From IMG/VR virus record IMGVR_UViG_3300017700_000281, positions 1-36,685 of that record: DNA of 36,685 nucleotides; one strand, 5' to 3'. The stretch comes from a virus. Lineage: Duplodnaviria; Caudoviricetes. A model generated the notes under the pieces. That model was not told where the DNA came from. It saw nothing but the letters and a program-made list of their open reading frames with translations, and did no database searches. Made by a program: the position numbers and the translations under genes. How positions within the stretch are numbered: position 1 is the stretch's first letter; every line of letters starts with the position of its first letter. Positions 1 through 10,200 of this stretch are shown piece after piece.

Positions 1-78
1 AATGTTGCCGACGACGAAAAGTCATACCGATTGAACGTCACGGTTGAACATGAGTACGACACTTTAGCAGCGACCTAA
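1..78 (+). CDS. 3' end of probable tail terminator / tail completion protein (partial)
   Basis: Open frame 1 NVADDEKSYRLNVTVEHEYDTLAAT* ends 12 nt before the major tail gene; the R-x-NV-x-x-E-x-EYD ending and position fit siphophage tail terminators. Confidence 0.6.
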   Translation, partial: NVADDEKSYRLNVTVEHEYDTLAAT

Positions 79-90
79 CAGGGGTAACAC

Positions 91-1890
91 ATGGCCGATA
101 AGATTGACGCGAACCTTGTTGGTTTCGCCATTGCAGAGGAAGCGTCTGCAAAAGTGTTGAGCGCAACGCCCGTGTTCTACACGCGCGAACCGAACTCGTT
201 CGACGACTTCGGCGGCAACTACAGCATGACCGCGCGTCGCCCGTTTTCGCCGTCTCGCCAGAACAAGAAAGGCGTTATTACCGACCTTGACGCTGACGGC
301 GGGTTCAACGAAGACGTTACTATGGGTAACATGCAATGGCCGCTGCAAGGGTTTTTCTTCGCGAACCTTCGCAAGACAGCCGAACAAGTTGCATGGGGCG
401 CGGCATTCTCGCAAGCCTTCACCGCCGCCGCTTCGGACGTTGTCACGATTGCGGCGCACGGCCTGACGACCGGCGACGGCCCGTTTAACGTCGCCAGCAC
501 GACGACGCTACCGGCGGGCCTGGCGGCTGCAACCGACTATTGGGTTGCGGTTATCAACGCCAACACCTTCTATCTTTGCGCGACGCGTGCGAACGCGGTT
601 GCGTCAACGCCGGTCCCGGTCAACATTACCGACGCCGGTACGGGTACGCATACCATGTCGCGCCCGTCTTACGCGGTCGCGTCAACGGATGACTTCGTTA
701 TGAACAACCCGGCCAACGTCGTTGTCGGCTCGCTTGTTCTCGGTTCCGGCTTCACGAACGCCGCGAACAACGCCTTGCACGTCGTCAACGGCGTGACCGG
801 CGGACATGTCAGCACGTCAAGCGCGCTTGCTGACGAGGCTGTACCGCCCGCCGCCGCCAAGCTGAAGCTTGTTGGCTACCAATTCGACAACGGAAGCGTT
901 GACGTGACGGTTGCTGCTGGCGTCATGCGCCTGACACGCGCGAGCGGTACGGACGATTACACGACCCTTGGCCTGATTGAAGGTCAATGGGTTTTCATCG
1001 GCGGCGACGCGACGGCTAACAAGTTCGTCAACAACCTGCCGGGTTACGCACGTATCGCCAACGGCGGTATCGCTGCGGCGTCTATCACTTTCGACAAGAC
1101 GACGTTCACGCCGCAAGCCGAAACCGGCACGGGGCTTGATATCCGTATGTTCTTCGGTGACATGCTCCGCAACGAAGACGACCCCGACCTGATCCTGACC
1201 AGGTACTACCGCACGCAACGCAGCCTTGGCCGCGACGCGAACGGCGTACAGTCGGAAAACCTTGAAGGGGCCGTTGCGAACGAAATGACTTGGAACAGCC
1301 CGCTTCCCGGCGCTGACGCCAAGGTGACGGTTGACCTGTCGTACGTCGCCATGACGAACACGCGGCGCACGGGTACGCAAGGGCTGCTGTCTTCGCAAGT
1401 CGGCGCGACACTTGTTGCCGCGCTTGGCGAAGACGCAATCAACACCGCGAAGAACGTTTACCGGCTTCGCATGTCGATTGTTGACCCGGCGACGCTCAAC
1501 CCGACCGCGCTTTTCGCCAAGGTCACAGAGTTTACAATCTCTGTGAACAACAACGTATCACCGGCCAAGGCGCAAGGCGTGCTTGGCGCGTTTGATATGA
1601 ACGTTGGCCGGTTTGAAGTCAGCGGCGACCTTACCGCGTACTTCAGCACGGTTGAGGCAATCGGCGCGATTGAAGACAACGACGACGTGACCTTTGACGC
1701 TATCTACTCGCGCGACAACAAGGCAATCGTGTACGACCTTCCGCTGATCGCACTTGGCGGCGGACGCCTTGAAGTTGAGCAAGACGCGGCTATCATGGTC
1801 CCGCTCGAAAGCAACGCTGCTGAAAGCCCGTTCGGCTTCACGGCGGCGCTGCACTTCATGCCTTACGTTCCCAACGCTGGCGTCGCATAG
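91..1890 (+). CDS. Major tail (tube) protein with inserted accessory domain
   Basis: 599 aa; SD GGGG upstream; N-terminus MADKIDANLVGFAIAEE, REPNSFDDFGG and C-terminal FEVSGDLTAYF resemble PA73/KL1/YuA-type tail tube proteins; directly upstream of the chaperone/TMP genes. Confidence 0.88.
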   Translation: MADKIDANLVGFAIAEEASAKVLSATPVFYTREPNSFDDFGGNYSMTARRPFSPSRQNKKGVITDLDADGGFNEDVTMGNMQWPLQGFFFANLRKTAEQVAWGAAFSQAFTAAASDVVTIAAHGLTTGDGPFNVASTTTLPAGLAAATDYWVAVINANTFYLCATRANAVASTPVPVNITDAGTGTHTMSRPSYAVASTDDFVMNNPANVVVGSLVLGSGFTNAANNALHVVNGVTGGHVSTSSALADEAVPPAAAKLKLVGYQFDNGSVDVTVAAGVMRLTRASGTDDYTTLGLIEGQWVFIGGDATANKFVNNLPGYARIANGGIAAASITFDKTTFTPQAETGTGLDIRMFFGDMLRNEDDPDLILTRYYRTQRSLGRDANGVQSENLEGAVANEMTWNSPLPGADAKVTVDLSYVAMTNTRRTGTQGLLSSQVGATLVAALGEDAINTAKNVYRLRMSIVDPATLNPTALFAKVTEFTISVNNNVSPAKAQGVLGAFDMNVGRFEVSGDLTAYFSTVEAIGAIEDNDDVTFDAIYSRDNKAIVYDLPLIALGGGRLEVEQDAAIMVPLESNAAESPFGFTAALHFMPYVPNAGVA

Positions 1891-1925
1891 ACGCCAGCAC
1901 TAACCCCCGCAAAGGAAACCTTTCT

Positions 1926-2372
1926 ATGTCGCTCCGCAAGTCGTACAAGACGAACCCCGCCGCCGAAACCGAAGGCGTTTGGGTTGACATGCTCTTTAGC
2001 GAAACCTTCAACGGCCCCGTGTCGTTTAAGATTGCGCGCATGTCGCCGCAGAACAAGCAGTATGCGACCGCGCTTGAACGCGCCTGGCGACCGCACGAAG
2101 CCGCACAAAAAGCGGGGAGCCTTTCGCCGGAACTCGGCAACAAGGTCTTCCGCGAAGTCTTTTGCAATACCATTGTGAAGGACTGGCGGAACGTGTCGAA
2201 AGCTGACCTTACCGGGGATGACAACGACGCGGGCGAACAACTGCCGTTCAACGCTGAAAACTGCTTGAAGCTGCTTACCGACTTGCCCGACCTTATGTCG
2301 GCGCTTGTCGAGAAGGCGGGCGGACTTGCAGCCTACACCGAAGCGCGGCAAGGCGAAGCGTTGGGAAACTAG
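1926..2372 (+). CDS. Tail assembly chaperone (lambda gpG-like)
   Basis: 148 aa between major tail and TMP; SD AAGGA; ends in slippery G GGA AAC TAG. Confidence 0.85.
   Translation: MSLRKSYKTNPAAETEGVWVDMLFSETFNGPVSFKIARMSPQNKQYATALERAWRPHEAAQKAGSLSPELGNKVFREVFCNTIVKDWRNVSKADLTGDDNDAGEQLPFNAENCLKLLTDLPDLMSALVEKAGGLAAYTEARQGEALGN
2363..2369 (+). other. -1 programmed ribosomal frameshift site GGGAAAC
   Basis: X XXY YYZ heptamer in the correct phase (TTG GGA AAC TAG); the -1 frame is open to 2749. Confidence 0.85.
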
Positions 2373-2749
2373 TTGCTGTTCTGCTGTACAGGCAAGAGTT
2401 TAGCCCGGCAGTAGAACAGCAATACCGTGACGAGTGCGCCAGAAGCGGCGAACCGTTACCCGCTAAAATCGCCAACGCCCCTGAATTGTGGGCAGGCTTG
2501 GGCTTGTACTTCAACGCATGGTACGAACTCGACCGCGACAGGGACGTTGGCGAAGCGGGGCTTAAACGGATCGCACGACGCGACGTAGTTGAATACGCGT
2601 ACGATTGTGAGTTTGACCTAGAGCAAACCGACAATCTGCTTGTGTTCGTCCGGGGTATGGATAATGCTTATCTAGAGTACATTCGAGCCCGCACGCCGAA
2701 GCCCCCCAAGCCGGGAGGCGGGGGCGGCGGGAAGCGCCGGGGGCGGTAG
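2363..2749 (+). CDS. gpT-like C-terminal part of the frameshifted tail chaperone (G-T fusion)
   Basis: -1 frame reads GKLVAVLLYRQEFSPAVEQQYRDEC...APELWAGLGLYFNAWYELDRDR...MDNAYL to 2749; no good independent start. Confidence 0.8.
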   Translation, partial: GKLVAVLLYRQEFSPAVEQQYRDECARSGEPLPAKIANAPELWAGLGLYFNAWYELDRDRDVGEAGLKRIARRDVVEYAYDCEFDLEQTDNLLVFVRGMDNAYLEYIRARTPKPPKPGGGGGGKRRGR

Positions 2750-3237
2750 TGGCGGGAACTCTGCTTGATCTTGCCGAACGCATGGAAAGCCTCGCTGCGG
2801 CCCTGCCTGAAGCCTCTGTGAGCCCCGGCAATGCGGCGGCGCTCGCCATGCTGCGGAACCTTGTCAGCGTTACGCCGGTCGATACCTCTAAGGCCCTGTC
2901 CAACTGGCAAATCGGCCTTGGCCGTCCCTTCATGTTTGACCTACCGGCGTACGCTGTCGGCTTTCGCGGCTCGACCGAAAGACAGTCAGCCGACCAGGCA
3001 GTCAAGACGGCTGAATACCTGTTGTCGTTTCGCAAACCGGGACAGACAATCTATCTTAGCAACAACGCGCCGTACATTCGTAAGTTGAATGACGGTTCGT
3101 CGCGCCAGGCTGCGGCGGGCTTCATTGAACGCGCTGTTGTCATTGGACAGAAGACAGCCGCGAACGTGCGACTGCTGACGCAGACAGGGTCAGGCCGGTT
3201 CAAACCGCGTAAGTACAGGGGCGAGCCCGCAACATGA
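2749..3237 (+). CDS. HK97 gp10-like neck/tail completion protein
   Basis: TPVDTSKALSNWQI and IYLSNNAPYIRKLNDGSSRQAAAGF motifs; overlaps both neighbours. Confidence 0.75.
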   Translation: MAGTLLDLAERMESLAAALPEASVSPGNAAALAMLRNLVSVTPVDTSKALSNWQIGLGRPFMFDLPAYAVGFRGSTERQSADQAVKTAEYLLSFRKPGQTIYLSNNAPYIRKLNDGSSRQAAAGFIERAVVIGQKTAANVRLLTQTGSGRFKPRKYRGEPAT

Positions 3238-6158
3238 CCGAACGCGTTGACATTCAGGTTACAGACAAGATTGACGGTACTATCCCGAAGAAACTTCGGG
3301 ATATCGCCGCGAATGCGCGTGAAGGCTACGCGCAAGTAAACAATCTTGCGAAGGCTGTTAAGTCGCTGCAATCGCAGCAAATGAACCAACTAGCAGCGGC
3401 GGCGAATGCACTTGAAACAAACATGCTTAAGCAAATGCGGGCGCAAAAGCAACTTGACGTTGCTACGTCGCAAGCAGCCATTACCGACACCCGCGCCGCT
3501 GTCGAAAAGCAGCGTTTGGCGATTGCGACGGCTCAAGCAGAGATAGCACAAGAGCGCCTTGCACTGACACAACTTCGCGGTGAAGCCGCAGTTGCACGCC
3601 TGGCCGCGCAAGAGAACAGACTAGCCGCCGCCGAACGTGCGAAGCAAGCCGCACTTCAAGGCGCTACCTCTGCACAAAACGCAGCGAACGCCGCGACCAA
3701 CCAGGCGGTTGGACTGTCGCGCCAACAACAGTTTGCGTCGCAAAACATTCTGTTCCAGCTTAACGACATTGTCGTTGGCCTGGCGAGCGGACAAAAGCCG
3801 CTGACCGTGTTCCTGCAACAAGGCTCGCAAATCGCTACGGCGTTCGGGCCGGGCGCGAACGTGCTGAAAGAACTTGGCCGTACGATTGTGGGCTTGGCTA
3901 CCAAGTTCGCCCCGATCATTGCCGGGCTCGCACTCGCCGCCGGGGCGGTTGGCGTTCTGCAAGATCAGATACAGACGACAAGCGGCGTTACGGTGTCATT
4001 CGGTGACACTGTCGTTGGCGTGTTCCAGACATTCGCACAACGGATTAGCGGCGCGGCTGAAGCTGCGTTTGGTCCGCTCAAACCTCTGTTTGACAGCGTG
4101 TTCGGTTTCTTCGTTGACAGTGCAGTCAACGCGGTACGGGGCGCGGCAATCCTCTGGAACTTCCTACCAGGTGTGATTATGAACGCCATTAACACAATGG
4201 CGAACGGGTTTAACATTGCTTGGAATTACATTGTTGAACTTGTTGAAGGCGGGGTTAACCTGGCAATCAAAGGTCTTAACGGACTGATTGCGGCGCTTAA
4301 CTTTTTTCCAGGCTTGATCGGTCAGAAGGTTGCGGACCCGATCAAAGAACTTTCGTTTGACGCAGCCAAACGCGGCTTGCTTGAAGTACGAGACGTTACC
4401 GACCTTTGGGGCGACAGCGTCGCGAAGGCGGACACCGGGCTTAAGGGCCTGTACGATCAGATTGAAGCAAACGCAATCGCCGCCAAGAAAGCGCGCGAGG
4501 AAGACGAAAAGGGCTTCAACAAGGTTGAAGAACTCAAAAAGGTCAACGACGCGTTAGACGCGCAAACGCGTTCAATGTACATGCTTTCTGACGCTCGCCG
4601 CGTACAGGAACAGCTTGACCAAATCGCGCTTAGATTTGCAGAGGAAAAGAAACCTCTCGATGCACAAGAATTGGCGACGATCAGGGAAAAGTTGCAAGCA
4701 ATCCAATCGTACGCACGCGTACAAAAGGAAACAGATAGAATACTTGAAGAGGTTACGGGCGCTCAAAAAACTTGGACGGCGACGCTCCAAGGCGCAACGC
4801 GGCTCTTGCGAGACGGAATAATCACGCAACAGGAATACGAACGCGAAGTGCTGAAAGGCGCACGCGCTCTTGAACTCGCGCAAAATCCGTTCGCAGAGTA
4901 CGAAAAGAGCGTTGAGAACGCGACCAAGTTGACCGGGTTCTTTGGCGACGAACTACAGCGCCAACAAACCGTACAGGCGCAAGTTGACGCGGCGCTTGCT
5001 AAGGGCGTCGTCGCAACGCAGGATTGGATTAACAAGCAGCTTGCCGCGCAAAAGGCGCTTCAAGACAGCGCGAAGTTTCAAACTGCACTGGCGCAAGCGT
5101 ACGACGACGCACACGGGCCGCTTGACGCTTACAACATGGCGCTTGGCGCTAACTTCGTGCTTATGTACGAAGGCAAGATTAGCCAAGACGCGTACACGCA
5201 AGCTGTCGCGAAGGCTGAAATTGCGTACAAGCAAGCGACTGACCCGCTGTACGATTACAACCGGGGCGTTGAAGAAAGCCGAATGCTCGCAATGGCGTAC
5301 GGCGACGACCAGGCGGTATTGAACGCGCAACTGCAACTTTACAATACCCTGTTGCCCACACTGGCGGCGGGTATGTCGTTTGCTCAATTCGCGCAATCGA
5401 CCCTTGGTCAATCGGTTCGCGATACGACCCTTGCGCTTGAACAGCAATTGCGCGTGCAAAACAACGTGCAAAGCTTGCTGCAAGATATGGCGGCGCAAAC
5501 GTTCTACACTGACAACATGGCGGCTATGTACGCCGAAATTGACCGCTTGCGCCAGGCGGACAAAATCTCGCACGCGGAAGCGGAACGCGCCAAGCTTCAC
5601 GTCGCTGTCAAGGCGAACGAAGAACGCTTGAACAACTACCGTTCTGTTACAAGCGCGTTCGCCGGGCTCGCACAATCGGGTAACAAGAAACTTGCCGCAA
5701 TCGGTAAAGCCGCTGCAATCTCGACAGCGGTTATTGACGGTATTCTTGCCGTGCAAAAGACCCTTGCGACTATCCCGCCGCCGTTCAACTACGCAGCCGC
5801 CGCAGGTATCGCGGCAACAACCGCCGTCAACGTCGCGAATATCAAAGCGCAAAACGTCGGCGCGTTCGCAGACGGCGGACAATTCACGGTTGGCGGTAAG
5901 GCCGGGATTGACACGAACCTTATTCAAATGAGCGTTACGAAAGGCGAGCGGGTTACAGTCGAGACGGCGGCGCAACAGCGCGGGCGCGGCGGACAAGCTG
6001 CGGCGGCTGCACCGCAAGTCAACGTACCCGTCAAGGTTGTGAACGTGATTGACCCGCAAGAGGCATTGTCTGCACTCGATACGCCGGAAGGCGAAGCGGT
6101 TGTACTAAACATTCTGCGTCGTAATCCCGACGTAGTGAAACAGACGGCGGCGGGGTAG
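3234..6158 (+). CDS. Tape measure protein
   Basis: 974 aa, Ala/Gln-rich and helical; lambda-type TMP motif QLNDIVVGLASGQKPLTVFLQQGSQI; C-terminal FADGG...GERVTV; follows the chaperones. Confidence 0.93.
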   Translation: MTERVDIQVTDKIDGTIPKKLRDIAANAREGYAQVNNLAKAVKSLQSQQMNQLAAAANALETNMLKQMRAQKQLDVATSQAAITDTRAAVEKQRLAIATAQAEIAQERLALTQLRGEAAVARLAAQENRLAAAERAKQAALQGATSAQNAANAATNQAVGLSRQQQFASQNILFQLNDIVVGLASGQKPLTVFLQQGSQIATAFGPGANVLKELGRTIVGLATKFAPIIAGLALAAGAVGVLQDQIQTTSGVTVSFGDTVVGVFQTFAQRISGAAEAAFGPLKPLFDSVFGFFVDSAVNAVRGAAILWNFLPGVIMNAINTMANGFNIAWNYIVELVEGGVNLAIKGLNGLIAALNFFPGLIGQKVADPIKELSFDAAKRGLLEVRDVTDLWGDSVAKADTGLKGLYDQIEANAIAAKKAREEDEKGFNKVEELKKVNDALDAQTRSMYMLSDARRVQEQLDQIALRFAEEKKPLDAQELATIREKLQAIQSYARVQKETDRILEEVTGAQKTWTATLQGATRLLRDGIITQQEYEREVLKGARALELAQNPFAEYEKSVENATKLTGFFGDELQRQQTVQAQVDAALAKGVVATQDWINKQLAAQKALQDSAKFQTALAQAYDDAHGPLDAYNMALGANFVLMYEGKISQDAYTQAVAKAEIAYKQATDPLYDYNRGVEESRMLAMAYGDDQAVLNAQLQLYNTLLPTLAAGMSFAQFAQSTLGQSVRDTTLALEQQLRVQNNVQSLLQDMAAQTFYTDNMAAMYAEIDRLRQADKISHAEAERAKLHVAVKANEERLNNYRSVTSAFAGLAQSGNKKLAAIGKAAAISTAVIDGILAVQKTLATIPPPFNYAAAAGIAATTAVNVANIKAQNVGAFADGGQFTVGGKAGIDTNLIQMSVTKGERVTVETAAQQRGRGGQAAAAAPQVNVPVKVVNVIDPQEALSALDTPEGEAVVLNILRRNPDVVKQTAAG

Positions 6159-6162
6159 GAAC

Positions 6163-7209
6163 ATGGCGGTATTTTACGCTGACGGGTTTGACCATTACGG
6201 GACCGGCGCAACCGGGCTCGCTAACATGCTCAAACGCAATTGGTCTTCGGCGGGCTCGGGTCCGCAGTCGTCTATCAGCCGCACGAACGGCAACGCATGG
6301 TCGGGGCCTGACGCGGCGGGCTCGTCTATGCGTCTCGCCTTCGCTTCGCCCAAAGACGTTGTCGGCGTCGCGTTCGCTGTTCGCGTTGACGTGCTACCTT
6401 CAAGCGAGGCTGACGACGCGTTGCAAATGGCGCGCGTGTCTGACACGTTCAACAACCGCATGTGCTGCTTGACGATTGCAACGACCGGCGCAATCCGTCT
6501 TCGCAACAGCGCGGGTACGACCTTGTTTAGCAGCGCGGCGGGCGTACTCGCCGCCGACACTTGGAACCATGTTGAAGTTAAGTACACGTTCGCCGGATCG
6601 GGCGGCGAATGCGAAGTACGCGTCAACGAAGTTGTCGTTATTGACGTTAGCGGCGTGAACCTTGGCGCTGCTGCGACCGCCGAACAAGTTTCGTTCCAAG
6701 ATCGCGCGGGAAGCAACGGCTTCGGCAATTGGTACATTGACGACCTTGTATTGTGGGATGACTTGGGCGGCGAGAATGACGACTTTATCGGTGACTGTTC
6801 GGTGTTTACGCACATGCCGAACGCCGACACCGCAACGGCTGATTGGACGAAGTCAACGGGTACGGTCGGGTACGTCATTATTGACGACATTCCGCCTGAC
6901 GCCGACTACCTTGAAGCCGCGTCACCTGGCGACCGCAGCGACTTTGAAATGCCCACATTCGCAGTCGGCAACGTCTCGCTTGTGAAGGCGGTTCAACGTT
7001 TCTCGCTTGTCTCGAAAGCGAGCGCCGGAACGGCGACATTCCAACAAGGCGTTGTGTCGAATGCTGTTGACGGCGACGGGGACGTACACTCGCCAACGAC
7101 GACGGCGGGGTACTATAACGACCTGTTCCAAGTTGACCCCGATACGGGCTTGCCTTGGGACGTGGCGGGCGTTGAAGACATGCAAATTTACATTCGCAAG
7201 GTTGCGTAA
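6163..7209 (+). CDS. Tail-tip structural protein, probable concanavalin/LamG-like beta-sandwich
   Basis: 348 aa beta-rich; DGFDHY start, WNHVEVK, EVRVNE and YIDDL motifs; first gene after the TMP. Confidence 0.65.
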   Translation: MAVFYADGFDHYGTGATGLANMLKRNWSSAGSGPQSSISRTNGNAWSGPDAAGSSMRLAFASPKDVVGVAFAVRVDVLPSSEADDALQMARVSDTFNNRMCCLTIATTGAIRLRNSAGTTLFSSAAGVLAADTWNHVEVKYTFAGSGGECEVRVNEVVVIDVSGVNLGAAATAEQVSFQDRAGSNGFGNWYIDDLVLWDDLGGENDDFIGDCSVFTHMPNADTATADWTKSTGTVGYVIIDDIPPDADYLEAASPGDRSDFEMPTFAVGNVSLVKAVQRFSLVSKASAGTATFQQGVVSNAVDGDGDVHSPTTTAGYYNDLFQVDPDTGLPWDVAGVEDMQIYIRKVA

Positions 7210-10200
7210 TGGCTGCGGAAGTTATTATTGCAATCGTCAACTTTGACAGCCCGGCTGCAATCGGGCTGTTAGACGTTACAGACAGCGGCCAACTTGGCGG
7301 TCACACGCCCAAGGGCTGTATCATTTTCGGCGGCGACTATCTCGACAGCAGCGCGGGCGCTGACGGCCCTAACGCAACCTTCAGTGTCGGCGTGTACGAC
7401 GGGGTACACCAACGCACGTCGGCTATGTACTCACTTGACAATACGGCGGCGTCTGACGACGGGTCCGAATGGTCAGACACAAGCGTTATCAACACACCGA
7501 ACAACTACGTTCGCGCTTCCGCTGTTGCCTTTATCAAAAACGGCATACGCCTTAACTTCGCGAATATCGGCGGCGGCGCGTCGCGATATACTGCAATCTT
7601 TTACGCCGGGCGTGACGTACGCGCGATTGCGGGGACAGTCGCGAACGCGACCGGCAACAGCAGCGTTTCAGCAACGGCGGGCTTTCAGCCTGACCTAGTG
7701 TTCGCTTGCACGCCTTGGCACGCCGGGGCCGATCTAAGCGGACAATTCAACGACCTTGCGTTTGCTATGGGTTGGGCGACCAACGGTAACGGGCAAATGG
7801 GGATTTGCTACAGCGACGACGACGCCGTTGCAGCCGGTCCCGCGCCGTCTTCGTATGTACACCCGACCGCCGCGCTTCCTCTCGCAAACCCGACCTTGGG
7901 TACGCTAGGCGCGGCGCTGTCTATTACCAACTTCAACGCGTCAGGCTTTGACGTGACGACGACGCTTGGTACACTCGGGAGCGTGACAGCTTCGCGCGTA
8001 AACTTCCTGGCGTTGAAGTTGGGCGAAGCCGACATAAAGGTACAGGCCGGTACGACCAAGACAAGCACGGGGACGCAGAATTATACCGGCTTCGGCTTTG
8101 ACCCTGACACGCTGTTTTTGCTTGGTTCAACGAACACGGCAGTTAGCGGCGGCGCACGCGACACGACAGCCGGAAGCGGCGCTTGCTTCGGCGTAGCGAA
8201 CGCGTCAGCGCAAGGCGTGTACGGCATGGCGATAAACCCCGCCGCCGACCCGTCAGACACCTATTCAGCGGCGCGTGTGGGCGACGTACTCGCACTCGGC
8301 AACAACACGACTGTACTTGAACACGTCGCCAGCGTCAGCGCATGGATTACGGACGGCGTCACGCTTGATTACACCGCCGCCGGGGCCGGGGCCAAGCAAC
8401 TTATCATGGTCGGGATTGCGACCAACTCAACGACGCCGACGCTTGAAGACGTGTACGCGGCTGTCGTGACGTTCCAGCAAGCCGCCAAAGGCATTGTTGA
8501 CATTCCGGTTGACCTTGGCGGGCGTACGCCGAAAGCAATTATTATGGTCGGGGTCAGCCATGACCCCGGCAACGACGCAACCGAAACAATCGGCGGCGGT
8601 ACGCGCGGCCCGGTGTTGCACTACAGCTTTGCGACGGCGGCGGACGCGCAACACACGCACGCGTCAAACCATGCACACGGTAGCAGTACGCAAGTCAACT
8701 CGCGTATTTACAACAACAACGTGCTTGAATTTACCGGCAGTACGTTTAGCCAGGATTGGGACGTTCGCTTAGTCGGCTTCGCTGACAATCTTATTTCAAT
8801 CAACTTCCTCAACGCGCCAATTTCACTGTCGCAAACTCGCCGTTGGACAATTCTTGTTCTGGCGGGCGAAGACGTTGAAGCGCACTTGAACGCGCAAAAC
8901 TTGGGGACGGGTACGTCAGCGATTGACGTTACCGCGCCTGACTTTGAACCTGACATTGTGTTTGCCGCTTCGGCGTTCCGCACGGCGACGGGTAGCACTG
9001 GCGGCGCGGTCAAGTCGTTTGGTATCGGCTTGAATGACGGTGCAGACACGCAACGCTGTTTCACGAACGTTGAAAGCGCGGGTACGCTGACTGTCTCGCG
9101 CCCCGGCGCTTCGCTGTACGACAACCGCATATTGAACCGGCTTACCGGCGCGACCCCGAACCCAACAAACGTGTACAATGTTGTTATCGGCTCTTACGAC
9201 AGCCAAGGTTACAGCATTACGCCTAGCGCGTCTGCGTCTAGCGAGTTTGCGTCATTCCTCGCCGTGAAAATGCCTGGCATTCGGGCGCACCTTGACGACT
9301 TCCTGACCAAAGCAACGACCGGGATTGAAAGCTATACCGGGGCGGGCTTCCAACCGCGTACCGCGCTGCTTGTCGGCGGCGGCAACACGACTATCAACAC
9401 CCCGCAAGGTGAAACCGCCGCGCTTGCTTCGCACTTTGTCGGAATGGTTACGGATCAAACCGACCCGCTGAAAGTCGGCGTTCACGCGCTACGCAATCAG
9501 AACAACACTGACCCGACAGTTGCAGCCGTCAAGTCGCTTGCAGACGGTCACGTTATCATTAAGAGCGACACCGCGAACTTTGGCGCTGTCGTCGGCATGT
9601 TTGACGGCTTCACGACTGACGGCTTTGACATTGACTTTACCGCGACAAGCGGCGCGTTCCTTTTCATGTCGCTTATGCTTGATTGGGACGACGACACAAT
9701 ACCGCCGACACCGCCGATTACGGTTGAACAGTCGGGCGCTCTTGTTATCGCTGTATTGAACGCGCCCCTTCATACGTTCCAATCGGGCGCAATGATTGTT
9801 GCCGAACAGACAGCCAACGGCGGCGTCACACAATCCGGGGCGCTCATTGTGGGCAAGGTCATTCAACGCCCGTTCAATTGGGTACTGCCGGAAGAACCGA
9901 TTGACGAAAGCTGGAAATGGCGCACTGACGTAATCACGTCAGACGACGGAACAGAACAGCGCATTGCAATTCGTTCGTCGCCGCGCGTTGAACTTACGCA
10001 CCGCTTCGCACTCGACAACACGCCTGACCTTCGCCGCGTCTGGCGCGCGATTTGGACAGAGCTAGGCAAGCCGGTTCCTATGCCGCATTGGCCGTACAAG
10101 ACCAAGCTTCAACAGCCCACACTTGCCGGTCAAACGCGTATCTATTTCGACGCGTCAAAGACGAACCTTCGCAACGGCGGCTTTGCGTATATTCAGGAAG

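Noticed and set aside
4953-6059. 368-aa antisense ORF inside the tape measure gene (and similar long antisense ORFs such as 24422-25243 and 30614-31348)
   Set aside because: They mirror well-supported genes on the other strand, have no SD or recognisable motifs, and are expected from codon bias in GC-rich DNA.
7209-9690. Repeated tail modules as a diversity-generating retroelement or invertible cassette
   Set aside because: Similarity is only at protein-motif level; no near-identical TR/VR DNA pair, reverse transcriptase or invertase is present.
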